In this document: in pieces, positions 24,852-38,900 of the stretch
Layout of the letters: every line of letters starts with the position of its first letter
Numbering within the stretch: position 1 is the stretch's first letter
Assembly (NCBI GenBank): GCA_905331295.1
Contig: CAJNYD010000339.1
Coordinates: 1 to 52,197, forward strand
From: Rotaria socialis
Lineage: Eukaryota
DNA: 52,197 nucleotides
Direction of reading: 5' to 3'
Notes under the pieces: generated by a model
The model's database searches: none
Seen by the model: the letters and a program-made list of their open reading frames with translations, nothing else
What the model was told of the DNA's origin: nothing
Program-made: the position numbers and the translations under genes

Positions 24852-26480
24852 ACACAGTAACTATGGGGCTTAAACATTCAACTCGTTTTGATTGTGATTA
24901 ATAGATACATATTTTCTGTAATTATTTCCAATTTATCATTACTACAAATGATTTCTGCTTAAATGTCTCTCTCATGCTTCTTTTTTTGTTTTATTGGGAC
25001 GCATATTAAGATTTTCGGTGTCAGATATAATCTTCATTTTAGTATCAATAGATGTTTGTATGAAAATAAATATTTCAATACCTGTTATTTTTATTTTGAT
25101 AGTACTGCAGAATGTCTGTCTGTCTGTCTGTCAGACTATAAAATTGGGACGAAGATATCATATTGAAAATGTCGAATAAAACAACATACCGCTGGTTGGA
25201 CTCGAGTGTATTTACTCAGAGAAGTCTTGTAATAATCACCTTCCGAGCCTTTCGTTCATAAAGAAGTAGGATCGTTTTTCTGCTTTCTCCAAACTCTCGC
25301 TGATATGTTTTCTTCATCTATTTTAATATTGTGTTCGAAATTCCTATAAGATTGTTCACATATTTGAACATCAACCGTTAAAATTGGCAACTTCAATTAA
25401 CATGCTCACAACAATCATTGGTAGGATTCGCAGTAATTGACTATCTTGTTGTGCCAACCATGCCAGGAGTATTCAAACTTGAAATTCGCTGATTTATCTT
25501 TTTTTGCTATTCGCAGGAGTATTTTTCGTGTAAAATCAATAATGCTATTTTCATCCTATCTTGTATTTTTTATGACGATGAAAAATGAGATCTTTACGGT
25601 GTATAAAGCTGGTAATTTATATGATTTTATCAAGAAGTGTGAAAAATATTTTCAAGCCTGAACATTATTTAGTAGTTCATTCCGTGAAGGATGGTTTCGT
25701 ATATTTCAGTTGTTCGGTGAATAGAATTTCAACCGTGCTAACATCTGATAATCAAGATTTTCCTTATACTTATACAGATTCTAATGGTGTCATTATCGTA
25801 TGTTTTAGCCTTCTATTACACGCAAATAATTCTTGCTGCGTAGCTGTGTATACCTGTAAAAAATAGACTACGGCAATATGCAAAACTACCACGTGAGATC
25901 TTTGTATTTGCACATCAAATATTTGAAAATTTCACAGAAAATTCAGTTCTTGATAACTAAGCACGTCTTATGTAAGAACTGCAATGACCAAAGGAAGTTT
26001 GTTGTGTCGGTAGAAGCATATCTATTCGTGAGCCTGAAAAAAAGATGCACATATGGTATATTCTATTAATAATAAATTTTCTTTTTATACGTACACATGC
26101 CGTTTCAATGGTATAAAAATACATGTTTGACAGGTACGAATATATGAATATATTCCTTTGTCTTTACATTATAAGATTAATGAATATCCATATGCGCGAG
26201 ATGTATGGTGTTGCCTTTCTATTACTTTTTCTTTCATACTGCAGTAGCTATGCGATAATATGTATGCATCATACTTTGCTGATATGTTTAGGTAGGGATT
26301 CTTGTTGACGCCGATAAACATTAACAGGTGAGGTTTCACTTTTCCACGTGTTTCATTTTAATTGCATTGTCGCATAGCTTCTTTTTCCCTTGGATTTTAT
26401 TCATTGAGTAGCAACTGATAGGTAACGATACTGAGTTTTGCGACTTTTGGTCAAGTATTAATTCAAATTCGATAGAAAAT

Positions 26481-27095
26481 ATGGCCAGTAACAATAATAT
26501 AGAAGCACTCATAGGTACATGGGAACATGTTAGTAGGCTCATTTTGTATTTCGCATTAGAATCATATTGCCGTTCGCAACATTATTTTTCAGGTTCGAAC
26601 TGAAAATTTAGATGGATTTTTGAAAGAAGTAGGCGTTCCAATGCCTATTCGAATGTTGGCTAAGCGTTCGAGTCCACGTATTATTATCAGTGAAGACAAC
26701 GGCACCTGGACTATACGTACTGAAACACTTATTAAAAATATGACGACTCGTTTTACACCCGGTGTCGAATTTCAAGATACAACTCCCGATGGAAGTGAAG
26801 TACAGGTATTCTGCTTGTTTTATTACTATTTCTACTTTGATCTGAAGACTTCTTTTTTTTTTGTCGAATTTTCTTTATTTTACAGACAACTATTTGCTTC
26901 GAAAATGGAAAATGGTTGCAAACAGTACGAGACAAAAAAAATAAAGAAACAAAGGTAACACGTTCTATTGACGAGCAAGGATTACACCAACTTGTAAGTG
27001 ATTCATTATGTCTCTCTTTTTTCTTAAACATTTGATTTTAGACAATGACATGCGGTGATGTCACAGCTCATCGTTGGTTCAAGCGGACAGAATAA
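26481..27095 (+). CDS. Fatty-acid-binding protein (iLBP/calycin family), 140 aa
   Basis: Exons 26481-26528, 26593-26805, 26886-26993 and 27042-27095 splice in frame. Motifs GTWEHVRTENLDGFLKEVGV, FTPGVEFQDTTPDG, TMTCGDVTAHRWFKR. Confidence 0.92.
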
Positions 27096-28119
27096 AATAT
27101 GTCAATGTCCTCATCTTCAATCTTAATCTTTTTTGCTTGCTATCTTTATATGCATTTAAATTTCAAAGTTGTCTTCACTTCTAACACTATTTATTCAATA
27201 ATATACTTATTAACTAATATGAATCAATTCTCAGTTGATACCGAAGAAGACCTTTTTTTTTCTTCTTACCATAGTTATACTGCTCAAAACAATTGATTCT
27301 GAAATATTGTTGTTGCATTTAAATCAAAACAAAGTGTAGTCATAGTTGTTTCCGATGATAGATTCATTATGTCTCAAATACTAACTAATAATAATCAATC
27401 TTTGTGTAAATACAAAAACTAAATGCTTCGACGGGAGTTGTCCGCATAAATCAAAACACAGCTAGAAGAAACCACAATGAATACAGACCGACATCTTTTT
27501 TTCTATTGATACTCGATTGTTGACAGCACTGTTAGACGTTCAGATACGGATAAATTATAGAATGATTTCGTTCACCTGCAATTGAAATATTGTTCAGCCT
27601 TCGATATTCCAGTTACATTCACAATCGAGTCGATGATGTTTTCTTTTGTTGGAAACATGTAGATTTTGAATAGCTGAATTATACTCTGATATAATTGTGA
27701 TGCAGACGACCGAAACTTAGCGAAAGTGGATTCCGTCGAGGGTGTGAATATAAGTAATTGCAAATGATTTTTATTTCGCTAATCATTCTCATAATAAAGC
27801 TAATACAGATTATTCGAATTTTATTTACTTTATAAACCAAACAGAAAAAATAGTAGGATATTATTGAAGAGAAAGTACATGTTTTGTACCTTTTTTACAC
27901 TCCTGTACGGCGTGTGTATTCCGTTGGTCATATGTATGTCTTATGATAGAATAAGCACGCGAGAGGAGAGTAACGTATTGATCAAACTTATTATATATAA
28001 CGCAAGCAAATGCCAGTAATCATCAAGCGTGAAAATTTATTCGTGGTGCAGTGTGAATATAAAAAAAGCAGCTAACTACGTATACTTGTTTTTATTACTC
28101 ATCTTATACACCTTGAAGT

Positions 28120-29824
28120 ATGTTGCTCACTGATATACTTCTGATATTTCTCGTGACACTGATATTCGTGTACTTTTTGGTCTTGAATTCTCGCTATTTG
28201 TATTTTAAACAACGTGGCATTCCAAGTCCTCCACATAATTTTTTCTTCGGTCATTACAAGTCCATTTGGTCGAGTCCTCTGTTAACTCATCAATTTCAAA
28301 AATGGACTCAACAGTTCGGTTCGGTCTATGGCTTATTTGAAGGTACACGTCCATTATATGTTGTTTCCGATGTTGAATTTCTTCAAGAAGTATTCATTAA
28401 GCAATTTTCATCGTTTCATTCGCGACGTCTACCATTCATTCTTCAAAAGTCAGCCGGGAATAAAGTTCATCTATTGAGTGCCGATGGAGTGAAATGGCAT
28501 CGTCAACGACATATTATTAATCCGGCATTTACGTCGGGTAAACTCAAATTGATGACTTTCAAAGTTCATGAATGTGTCGATTCGTTGATCAACAAATTAG
28601 CTGAACATTGCGATCAACAATTTAATATCTATCTTCTCTACAAACGATTGACGATGGATGTAATTTGTGAGTGAACTTCTTTTATTTAACTGCGGCAATT
28701 TTAGTTTCGATTTAAAACAAAATAGGTCGCTGTGCATTTGGAGTTATCACAGATATGCAGAACGATATTGAAAATGAATATTTTGTGAAATCTGAAGGAT
28801 GTGTAGCAGAAAATCTAGAAGGAAATCTTTTGATTCGATTGGGACATTTGATGCCGTGGCTTATTCCGTTTCTCACTTATATTATGATTGGACAAGTTCT
28901 ATTCAAACGTCTAATGCATAAGTTCATACCGAGTATTGAAGAAATGCCTCGATTTTGGCTCATAGAACGTGTACGATATTTAGCTGATATGCGTATATCA
29001 TCCTCTGAGAAGAGTGAAACAAAACATCAAACCGATTTACTTCAATTAATGCTTGATGCTGCCACACGAGACCACACCAAGGTAAGTTCATTGTCTTCTA
29101 TGAAAATATTAGAATTGAAATTTCTAGGATAACATGTCGAAACTACTTCATTTCGATGAAGTGATCACTAATATATATTTATTCATGATTGCTGGCTATG
29201 AAACAACATCGACAGCACTGGCCTATTCGACTTATATTTTGGCTAAAGAACCTCTGATTCAACAGAAACTTCAACATGAAATTGATCAATGCCCGGAAAC
29301 TGATAATGAATATGACCGTGTTCACAATATGATTTATCTCGATTGGTTTGTACGTGAAGTTTTACGAATGTTTCCCATTGGACCACAAGCCATGTCAAGA
29401 GAATGTAATACAACTACGGTTGTTTGTGGTCATTCTGTTGAGCGAGGTAAGCTAACTATGTACTTACATATTATTAATAGTACTCTCTCACGAGTTCTGT
29501 AAAGGTAGTGTTATTCAACCAGATGTGTTGACTATTCATTATGATCCTGACTTATGGGGTCCAGAAGATCCAAAAATATTCTTTCCAGAACGACATTCAG
29601 TACCAAGACATCCAATGGCTTTCATGCCGTTTGGTCTTGGTCCACGTAGTTGTATTGGAAAACGATTTGCTTTGATGGAAATGAAAATGTGCCTTGCACG
29701 TCTACTGCAACACTATTCAATCTATCCTGGCGACCACATGGAAGAAAAATTCAAGCTCAAAGACACTCTACTTATTTTACAACCAGAAAATGTCTATGTG
29801 GAAATTAAAAAACGTTCATTATAA
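28120..29824 (+). CDS. Cytochrome P450, CYP3 clan, 513 aa
   Basis: Exons 28120-28666, 28726-29081, 29128-29446 and 29505-29824 are in frame. N-terminal anchor, WHRQR, AGYETT, EVLR, PERH and heme motif FGLGPRSCIG. Confidence 0.95.
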
Positions 29825-29958
29825 ATAAGTTTTTTCGCACTTATACCATCTTTATTTATCTATAAAAATGTTCAGTAAATTAATTCTCATATGAAAATTA
29901 ATTTGATTGAATGAATCGCTTTTTGTGTGCTAGTTATAGGGTTAATCAATAAAAACAT

Positions 29959-32900
29959 TTATTCAGGTGATACTGCTGTTGAATGAACATAAAATAACTG
30001 TTGGATTACGCGAGATTTTCGTTTTTCTTGCCGAATTCTTTCCAAATCGTCACGTGTTGGATCAATACCGAAACAATATTTCAATATATCCATGATGACA
30101 ATAAACATAACAACAATTGACAGCGCAATAATAGCAATATAAGAAAATGATTTCGAAATAGTTTGAAAAATAATAATTTTCGTAGACGTGATTTCACAAT
30201 GACGACCAGAATAACTATCACCAAGACATTCACACGTATAATTCAATACTATTGATCGGCAAACACCATGATTTTCGCATGCAGTATGGTTGCAATTATC
30301 TATCCTTGATTGACAGTGAATTCCAGTCCAACCATCATGACACAAACAAAGAAATGATGAATCAGACGTTTCGTTACATTCTCCTACAACGAAATAACAA
30401 CTATTCATTGGTTAATAGTGAATTACGAAGATGTGTAATTACCATGGTCGAGACAAGTTTGTGGTTTGCAAGGTCGATGATCGAAATCACAATGACTACC
30501 ATTGAAACCACGTGAACATAAACAATTATAACAATTGATGTCTGTGGGATTTCGTTCACATATACCGTTGTTTTGACAGGGTTTCAACAGATCACATGGA
30601 CTATTAGACACGTTACAGTTGACACCGATCTGTGAATTATTACAGATTTGTGTTGGAATAAATGGTGGTTGTGTTTCCCCTAAGGAGTATATTAAAATCA
30701 AGTCAACAGTTTAAAATAATCAGCGTTATTTAACTTGATGATGTTTCAAGGGCATTCATCAAAACCTAAATCAAGCCTATGAGAAATTAACATCATACTA
30801 AGAATCGTTGACATCATTATAATAAATTTAGAGTAGTGTTCTCAAACTAACTTCAACGGTCACATATCCAGTTGACAATATGAAAAATCTTTTTTTTATC
30901 AAGAAATCAATGACACATAGCTACGTAGGAATAATTGCTGTTTAGCACAAATACCGTTACAGTCATGTTTCTATCTAATATGTACTGTTGTTCTCTAAAG
31001 CACATCAACATCTGTTTTCAGAAGTTGAAATGCAAGTCTTTTATCGTGTATAGAATATTCAAGAACGAAAACGTATCGCATTGAAACAACATTAAATGTG
31101 ACTACACTGATCAAAGAACTCAATCATAACAAAAAAACACATATAGTATCATTCATTGAAAGGTTTTCTTTAAACTAACATTTATTGTATTTCCAGTATT
31201 ATTCAATGCTTTGACTCTATTTCGATGCGATTTGTCAGAAGATCATGATGATTGTATCGTCTATACTAAATCGATACAAATGATAACAACCCAGTGTAGA
31301 GTATTTCGAAAAAAAAAATGGTATAACTCAGGGAGAATAATTATATACAACGAGTGAAAAATCGTGTTTCAATTCCTACTCCTCGACAACATGAATTTGT
31401 GTACGAATATGATTGAAGTTGCTACCTCTTGATCCATTCGAGACCGCAAATACTTTCACGTGATATTATTTCATGATTCACTCTAAAAGGATGTAAACCT
31501 ATTCTCTTTATAAGAACAGTTCAGAAGAGGTGACACATTCATTCACAAAAATATACAAACAATAAGAAAATCACAGAAAAAATTGCATAAATACAAAGTT
31601 CTTCCCCAAATCCTTACTTTGCTGCGATTTGGTAGTTGGCATTGTTGTACTTGAGGTTAACCTATTGGATTCTGTTCTACGTATCGTCGGCGTAGAGGTT
31701 CCTATAGTTGTAGCTGCTACACTTATAGTTGTTAAATTGCTGCTTACAAAAGCAGTTAGTCGTACATTCGTACCTGTCCCTGTGGCAGTTGTTATCGTTG
31801 TTTCAATTGAGGTTGCTGTTGTTGTCCGAGTTGTAGTAGTAACAGTAGCAGTGCTCACCTTTTTTGCGGTTGTTATTGTTACTGCTGTAACTACATCAGT
31901 AATAGCAATAGTCGTAGCTGTTGCTCCATTGTTAATAGTACTACTCATTGAGACTGCCATTTCTACAGTTTCGTTCGTCACGTCTGTAGTTGTTGTTGTT
32001 TCAGGGATAGTACTAGTAGTCACAATTATAATTGCGGTTGTGGTTGGACCTAATGCTTCGGTCGTACTTATTTCAGTTGTTCCTATTGACATTGCTGTTG
32101 TTTCAGTTGAAGTTATTGCTGCAGTTATGCTTTCAGTTGGAGTCGTGCTTATTCTGCGCGTTCCCGTCTCAATTATAGTTACTGACGTTGAGTTTGTTAT
32201 TGCCTCTGTGGGTATAGCTTCAGTGAATAATTCAATCGTAGTTGTTGCAGTCGTTAAGTTTGCCTCTGTAGCTGTTGCAGTTGTTAACACTGGTGTTGCA
32301 GTTACTGATCTTCCTTCTGTAGTCGTTATAGTTACTTTCATTGTCGCTGATGTTGTCTCTGTATTTGGTGTAGTTTTTGTCATTGTGATTGTCTCTCTCG
32401 GTGTTGCAATTATTGAGATTGTTGGTGTCTCGCTAGTCGTTGTTTCACTTGATATTTCAATCAATAATGTTGTAATGGTCAAGGTTGTCGTTATGGAGCT
32501 TGTAGCTGCTACTTTAGGAGTTGATATAGATTCTGTAGTCGCTGTAGCTGCTGGTGTAGCAGCCGAAGTTTTCATTGTACCGGTTGCATAGCCTGAGGTT
32601 GTTGCTGTCCTAGTTGTAGCTCTTCCTGTAGTGGCTGAGATTGTTTCTGTATTGCTTGATACTATTGGAGTAGTATTCTTACTTGTTGTTCTTGTAGTGG
32701 TTCCGGTTGTTTCAGTCCCAGTTGTCATTGTTGCTGCCGTGGTTGCGATTGTTTGTATCGTAGTCGTAGCTATTGCTATAGTATTCTTAGTTGTTGTTGT
32801 AGTAGTTGATGTTGTTTCTGTCGTAGTTGTAGTTGTTTCTGTTGTGGTTGAGGTTGTACCGGTCGTAGTTGCAGTTGTTAATGTTGTGGTTGAGGATGTT

Positions 32901-35900
32901 TCGGTCGTAGTTGTACTTGTTTCTGTTGTGGTTGAGGTTATTTCGGTCGTTGTTGTTGTTGTTGCTGTAGTAGTAGAAGTTGTTGTTGTAATAGTTGTAG
33001 CTGTTACTGTACTAGTCGAAGTTGTTGTTGTAGTAGTTGAGGTTGTTTCTGTCGTAGTTGTAGTTGTTACCGTTGTGGTTGAGGATGTTTCTGTCATAGT
33101 TGTACTTGTTATTGTTGTGGTTGTGGTTGAGGTTGTTCCGGTCTTAGCTGTAATTGTTACTGTAGTGGTTGAGTTTGTTTCCGTCGTTGTCGTAGCTGTT
33201 GCTGTAATATTTCTATTTGTTGCTATAGCGCTCGAGGTTGCTTCTGTCGTTCTGGTAGTTTGTATTGTAGCTGCTGACGTTGTTTCGCTCTTAGTTGTAG
33301 TTGATACTTTACTTGTTGAGGTTATCTCTGTAATGATTGGGGTTGTTGATGGTGTAGTTGCACGTGTTATTGTAGTCGTGGTAGTTGTTGGCGTCGAAGT
33401 TGTTGTTGTTGCCACTGGGGATGTGGTAGGCTGTATGGTTGTTGTGCTTATGTTTGTGGCTGCTAAAATTTCTTCATTTTCATGTTCTGAAATGAAATAC
33501 AAAATTAATTGGATGTTTTAAAAAAACAATGAATGCAAACATTGTTGTGAAAATATGTCATGAGTATGTTATATAGTTATCGTGTTTGTTTTTAGGTGCG
33601 GGCTTCTATCTGTAGAAAGCTGATGTAGAGATGATCTCGTTATACGTCTCGTTGATAGAAGCAATAAGCGATTAAACATGGCACTCGTATTCGCTGAGGG
33701 AATGGTTCATTGGTTTTTGGATGGATTACAGATTGATATGATTACGGAGATAATAATTAAAATGCAACCTAATTCATGTTTAGCTAAAATTGGTTTTTAG
33801 TCTGTATTATTAACTACTGACGATTTTTCTTGTCGTAGTCGTTCTTCTAGTTTGCTCATCATCCATAATCAGATTTAAGTGAATATCTTCAGCATTTCAA
33901 GTGAAACAATTAAAATAGCGTGCTGTTGTATGACTGATATTGGTAGAGGTAAGTAAGCAAAGGTAAAGACTAGGGCTTTCACTTTTGTTTACAGGAGGAA
34001 ATAAAATAGCTGTGACAGCGTTGCACTTATTTACACTTTTGACGATATGTAGTATACTAGAATCAAGTGGTATCGAATGGTTAGATTTCTATTCAAAATA
34101 AGCTATGTTTAGAATTATCGAAGTATATAATCATGTTTTTTAAAACTGCTTGAAATAAAGTTTTGTATACTTCAAGGGCGCATAGTAGTTAATTACGGAG
34201 TCTGTCTTAATTTGTTGAAATGTTCTATCTTTATGTTAAGATTTTTTGAATTATACTTACCACAGGAATTGGGTTTTATAGTAAACTTTTGTACCCGATA
34301 ATTGGGTTCATCTGCAACAAATAAGTTCCCATGACTGTCGAAACGAAGAGCGTATGGCTTGATTAATGAGCTAGATGTTGATCGTTGGTTGCCATTGCAG
34401 CCTACTACGCATTGATAGCCATCTTCGTTCGAGCGAATAACTCGATTATTTCCGTTGTCAGCTATGAACAAATCGCCATCCGCATCAAGTACAACATCTG
34501 TAGGGTACCTTAATTCAAGAGAATTTGGAGCTCCCGTGCCTGCAATTGTTGTTCCTTTTTTCTGTCCTGGTTTAAAAAGTTGGATTCTGTTGTTATTATT
34601 GTCGGCCACATACAAGTACATATGTGTGTCAACGGATATTCCTAATGGCTTGGAAAGCTTCTCTGTTATGGTTTCTGTTTTTTTGGAGTCGTCGTTCAGT
34701 GATTTTTTCTGAACTTTTTTGTTTTCATACATGGAACAATAGAGAGTATTTTGTGTGTCAATAAACAGTCCATAACAGTGATCGTCAAATTTTGCTGATG
34801 TAGACTGCGATGAATTCTGTGACCACTTGTGAATCTCACCTTTCGTGTTGAATTTCTCAAAATAAACTTCACGGTTTGTGCTAATGAAAATAGTGCTGGT
34901 TTTGGACAAGGATACAAATTCATGCGTTGAATTAGTACCATTTTCAAAGAAAATAAAAATTCGACTTTTATCATTTGAAGCCACATACAGAGTATTGTTA
35001 GTATCAACAAAAATACCTGGAGTACTTTTACCAATCACTGTTTGATTGACAACAGTAACGCCAGTTTGGTCCCATGTTGCATTTGGACAGATTTCTGGTT
35101 GGTTATAGGAAACTATATAGGAGAAATGCAAAAGCATACAAAGTTTAGTCTAAATAATGATTAAAATAATTCCAGTTGAGGGCGTACCACATGATCCATC
35201 CAATCTATGACGAACTCATTTCGAACAACTTATTCTTAAAATAATATACAGTCGTCAAGATCTGCATGATTCTCATCTGGTTCGAAAACACTTACAGTAA
35301 TTTATTTCTCGCACGGATAGCTTTCCATACATTGAACGTGGTGATCATACGACAAAGATATTTATTTTTCGCGTGATACTTGAAGAAGAAGTAAAGTGAA
35401 TGAAACTGCATTCATATGATAAATAATGTTTAAACTGCGATCGGTAGCAATGTTTAGGTTTTCTGTAAGAACTTCAATGTTATCCAGATAGTTTTCAGTA
35501 GCTGCCTTAAAGAATTTTTTCATTGAGAACTATCTGTAATTCTTTATCGACCATAGTTTATGAAAAGAAAAGGCCGGCTGTCGATATGAACCTTTGCTTC
35601 GGTAAAATTCGAACACCCACCCATACCTTTTAGTCTTCTCTCATGGAATTTTCTTTTTTTAAACGATTAATAATTATTAAACAAAAAGCATATATTCAAT
35701 GACAGATCACTAATTAGCGTATTAAACATCCAACATGATCTGAAACTCAGGCTGCTCCAGTATTCTGGAAACTTTAGCTTCACTTTCATCTGTGAAAAAG
35801 GATACAAATAAATGATTCATTGAACATCTTTTCAAATGAGGATTTCCCCTAAAGTAGCAAGAAACCATCGGCTGATTCTTCAAACTTAGTTTTATTATGA

Positions 35901-38900
35901 CAATTTTTTATAGTAAGATAATGTTTTCTCTTTTTGAATTAATTATTAAATAGCAAACCAAGTAGAAGGAGAAGAGTTTCGTTTTATTGAAGTCATCCTC
36001 ATAAGAAAAGTATAATTATGAACACCAGTCAAAACGAAAAAAGGAATCTTCAAACATGTAAGATTTTTGACAATAGAAAAACATAACTTTTATAAAAGAA
36101 TAATAGTTCATGACTAGTTTCAATATTGGATGAAATTAAATTGTAAATATTTACTTTCGAACCTCCTTCTCATCGTATATTTGAAATACTCAGATGAATC
36201 GAGAGTGAGGCATTTCTTGAAGCTCCGTTTTCATTTTGATTACTTTTCTATTCTCTTGAGAACACAATTGTGTGCTAGATAACCTATAATCAAGCAATCG
36301 ATCTATGAACTAGTGAGTGACTAATAGTAAAATGCTAAGTTTGGCGTCCCAGATGAGCTGTAATTGAGATATAGATACTCTTGTGAAAAGAAGAAACTAG
36401 AACATACTAATTGAAAGAAGTATTTCTGTAGAAAGCTTTCATACACATTCAAAGCAGAAGATATTGAAAGTTTCAAATGCAAAGCTGTAGCTAATATTAT
36501 TGGTGCTCTATATTCTGGTGTTAATACTGTATCACCAGTAGTAAAATCTAGAAAAGCATGTTTGTAAAAATCAATTGAGTTTCGACTTCAGAGTCTTATC
36601 GAGATATGTTACTGAATTTCTCTATAAATATCATAGGAGTGGAAAATGTTATGATTTCGATGCTATAAACGTTTTGATGTTGAACTGAAATAATTATTTC
36701 ACCGGAAATGTTTAAGAGGAAATATGAATAGAGTATGAAAATAATATAATGACCAATTGAATTCGTTTTTTAGCAACCTCTATCAATTGAAGATGTACAC
36801 AGATAAGAATATTATATTAAATTCAACTATTTGATATTCTAAACAAAATATTTGAGTCTAGAAAATTGGAAATTACGATCTTTGAAACTACCTCGTAAGT
36901 AAATAGAGCATAAAAATTGGCAATTAAACGAAACATACGTTTCAATTTTTTAGAATAAAGCTCTTCTTCTATTGTAAAAATAAATATAATACTAGCACTA
37001 TTAACTTCGAATTATGCTACTTATAAAAGTCTATATCTACACTGGTAGAAAACGCAAAAGTGACAATTATGAAGTTATATTCAGATAATCCATTGTCGAA
37101 GCTTTGGTATACAAACAAATAAATACTATCTGAACGAATTTAAAAGGAGGAAGCATCGTTATATCCTCTTTGTAAATTAATTATAAGATATTAAATCTAA
37201 CTTTGGTCAGGTTTTTATTACATGTTATCACATTGCTGTAGTTATTCAAAGAACGAAAAAGGAATTACCCAGTTTAAGGGAAGAACAGTTAGACTCCTAT
37301 TAAAAGCAATAACAGACCAAAGAAAAGAGTACACGGTGTCATAGGCGGCGGAGTCATTAGGCTACGGGCGGCTCAAGCCTCCCCTAAAAAACAAATGGGG
37401 AGGCTTGGAGAGGCTCAGTTATTTGAAAAAAAATCCTGATGTCATCGTAATTCTATATTTGATAAGTGAAAGCGGTTAGAAAATCGATGCTATTTTTTCT
37501 CCGAAGCAATGTTCAGTTCAGTTCGAGGATATATATGTTGCATGTTTTTGCAATATTTTCATTTATTAATGCTAGCGCCTCCTCTATGAAGATGAAGGGG
37601 AATAGTGAACGGCATTATCTAAGATCAACAATGACCAGGGTTGTCGATTGTTTTTGACAAGTAGTGAGGGCTAAAAATTTTGCAGAAAATCTGAAAATTT
37701 TAACAGAAAATCTCGTCTCGCTTTTAGACAGTAACTGAGGAAATAATGGTGAATTTTTCGACTTTCTGCGATATTTTGTTGAAAAAAAGTGGTTTATTTC
37801 TTTTTTTTTCAGAAAAATGGGGAAAAATGCTTACAGGCCGGGTTTTCGCAGAAAGAATTCAAAATTTTCGCAATAAATTTTCGCATATTTTCAATTTTTG
37901 GGGGACTAGCCCCATGCTCGGCAAACCTGGCAATGATACAAGAGCGCTTTAATCATGTGCTTATCCCTCATGTTCATAAAGAAAGATTAGATCAGTTAGA
38001 CTTGAACAGTAGTCGTTCTGATTTTATTGCAAAAAATCAGAGTAGAAAAGCCTTTTTTGGACGTGAATAATAGTTTTTGTACTTATGAATTTTTTATTTG
38101 CTTTAGTCAAGGTTTAAGATTTTTGATGCTTATGTTGATAATGAAATAAAAATTTTGATACTGTAGTAGAATTCTCGATTGCTGTGAAGGTGTGCAAATG
38201 AGTCAGTGAAGAAAATGTTTTGAATGAAGGTTATAACCAAGAAATTTAAAAGTCTGTTTTCTCCCTCTAATGTCGACTTTCTGTCGTTGTTTTTCAAAAA
38301 CATTTTGAGCCTCCCCTAAATTAGAAACGTTCCGTCGCCTATGCACGGTGTACTAAATCGCTTAAGAGTAAAAGAAGCCGTGATATCGTGTCTATAGAAC
38401 ACTAAAATTACTTACTTGGAAGCGCGGGAACAGAACGGTTAGCTGAACAAATACGTAACTTGATGTCGTCAACAGCTAAATAATAGTTTTTTTTCCCTTC
38501 ATGTTTTGAATCCAAAAATAGTTCGGCTGCACCAGTTTGCGCTACAAATGAAAGACCATATTTTTCCCAAGTCATATTTTCGTATGCACTTATATCGTCT
38601 GTCTTTTTTTCTACAATTTTACTTTTCTTGCTTTCCGGCGTTTCTTTAACTCGAAATTTGATATTTATTTTACCATCATAATGTTCCTCTTTCATAACGT
38701 TTGCCAAGTACGCGGAGAATTCATAACGTAAACCGACGCAAAGATTATGGACTTCGTACTTGAAAATACATTTGTCTTCTTTTCCCACATTAACAAGAAA
38801 CATATATCCATCAGTATCATCTGTTGTATAGTCAGACGCTCCAGAGTGCCATTCATTTGCAACAGGAACTTTGTTTACAAGCGCAAATTTATCACTTGTT

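Noticed and set aside
25113..25132. (TGTC)n microsatellite suggesting a Helentron/DINE-like element
   Set aside because: No subterminal inverted repeats or 3' hairpin identified.
31629..33521. Two long Val-rich plus-strand ORFs (320 and 296 aa)
   Set aside because: Antisense shadows of the Thr-rich mucin exon (ACN codons read as Val-rich on the other strand).
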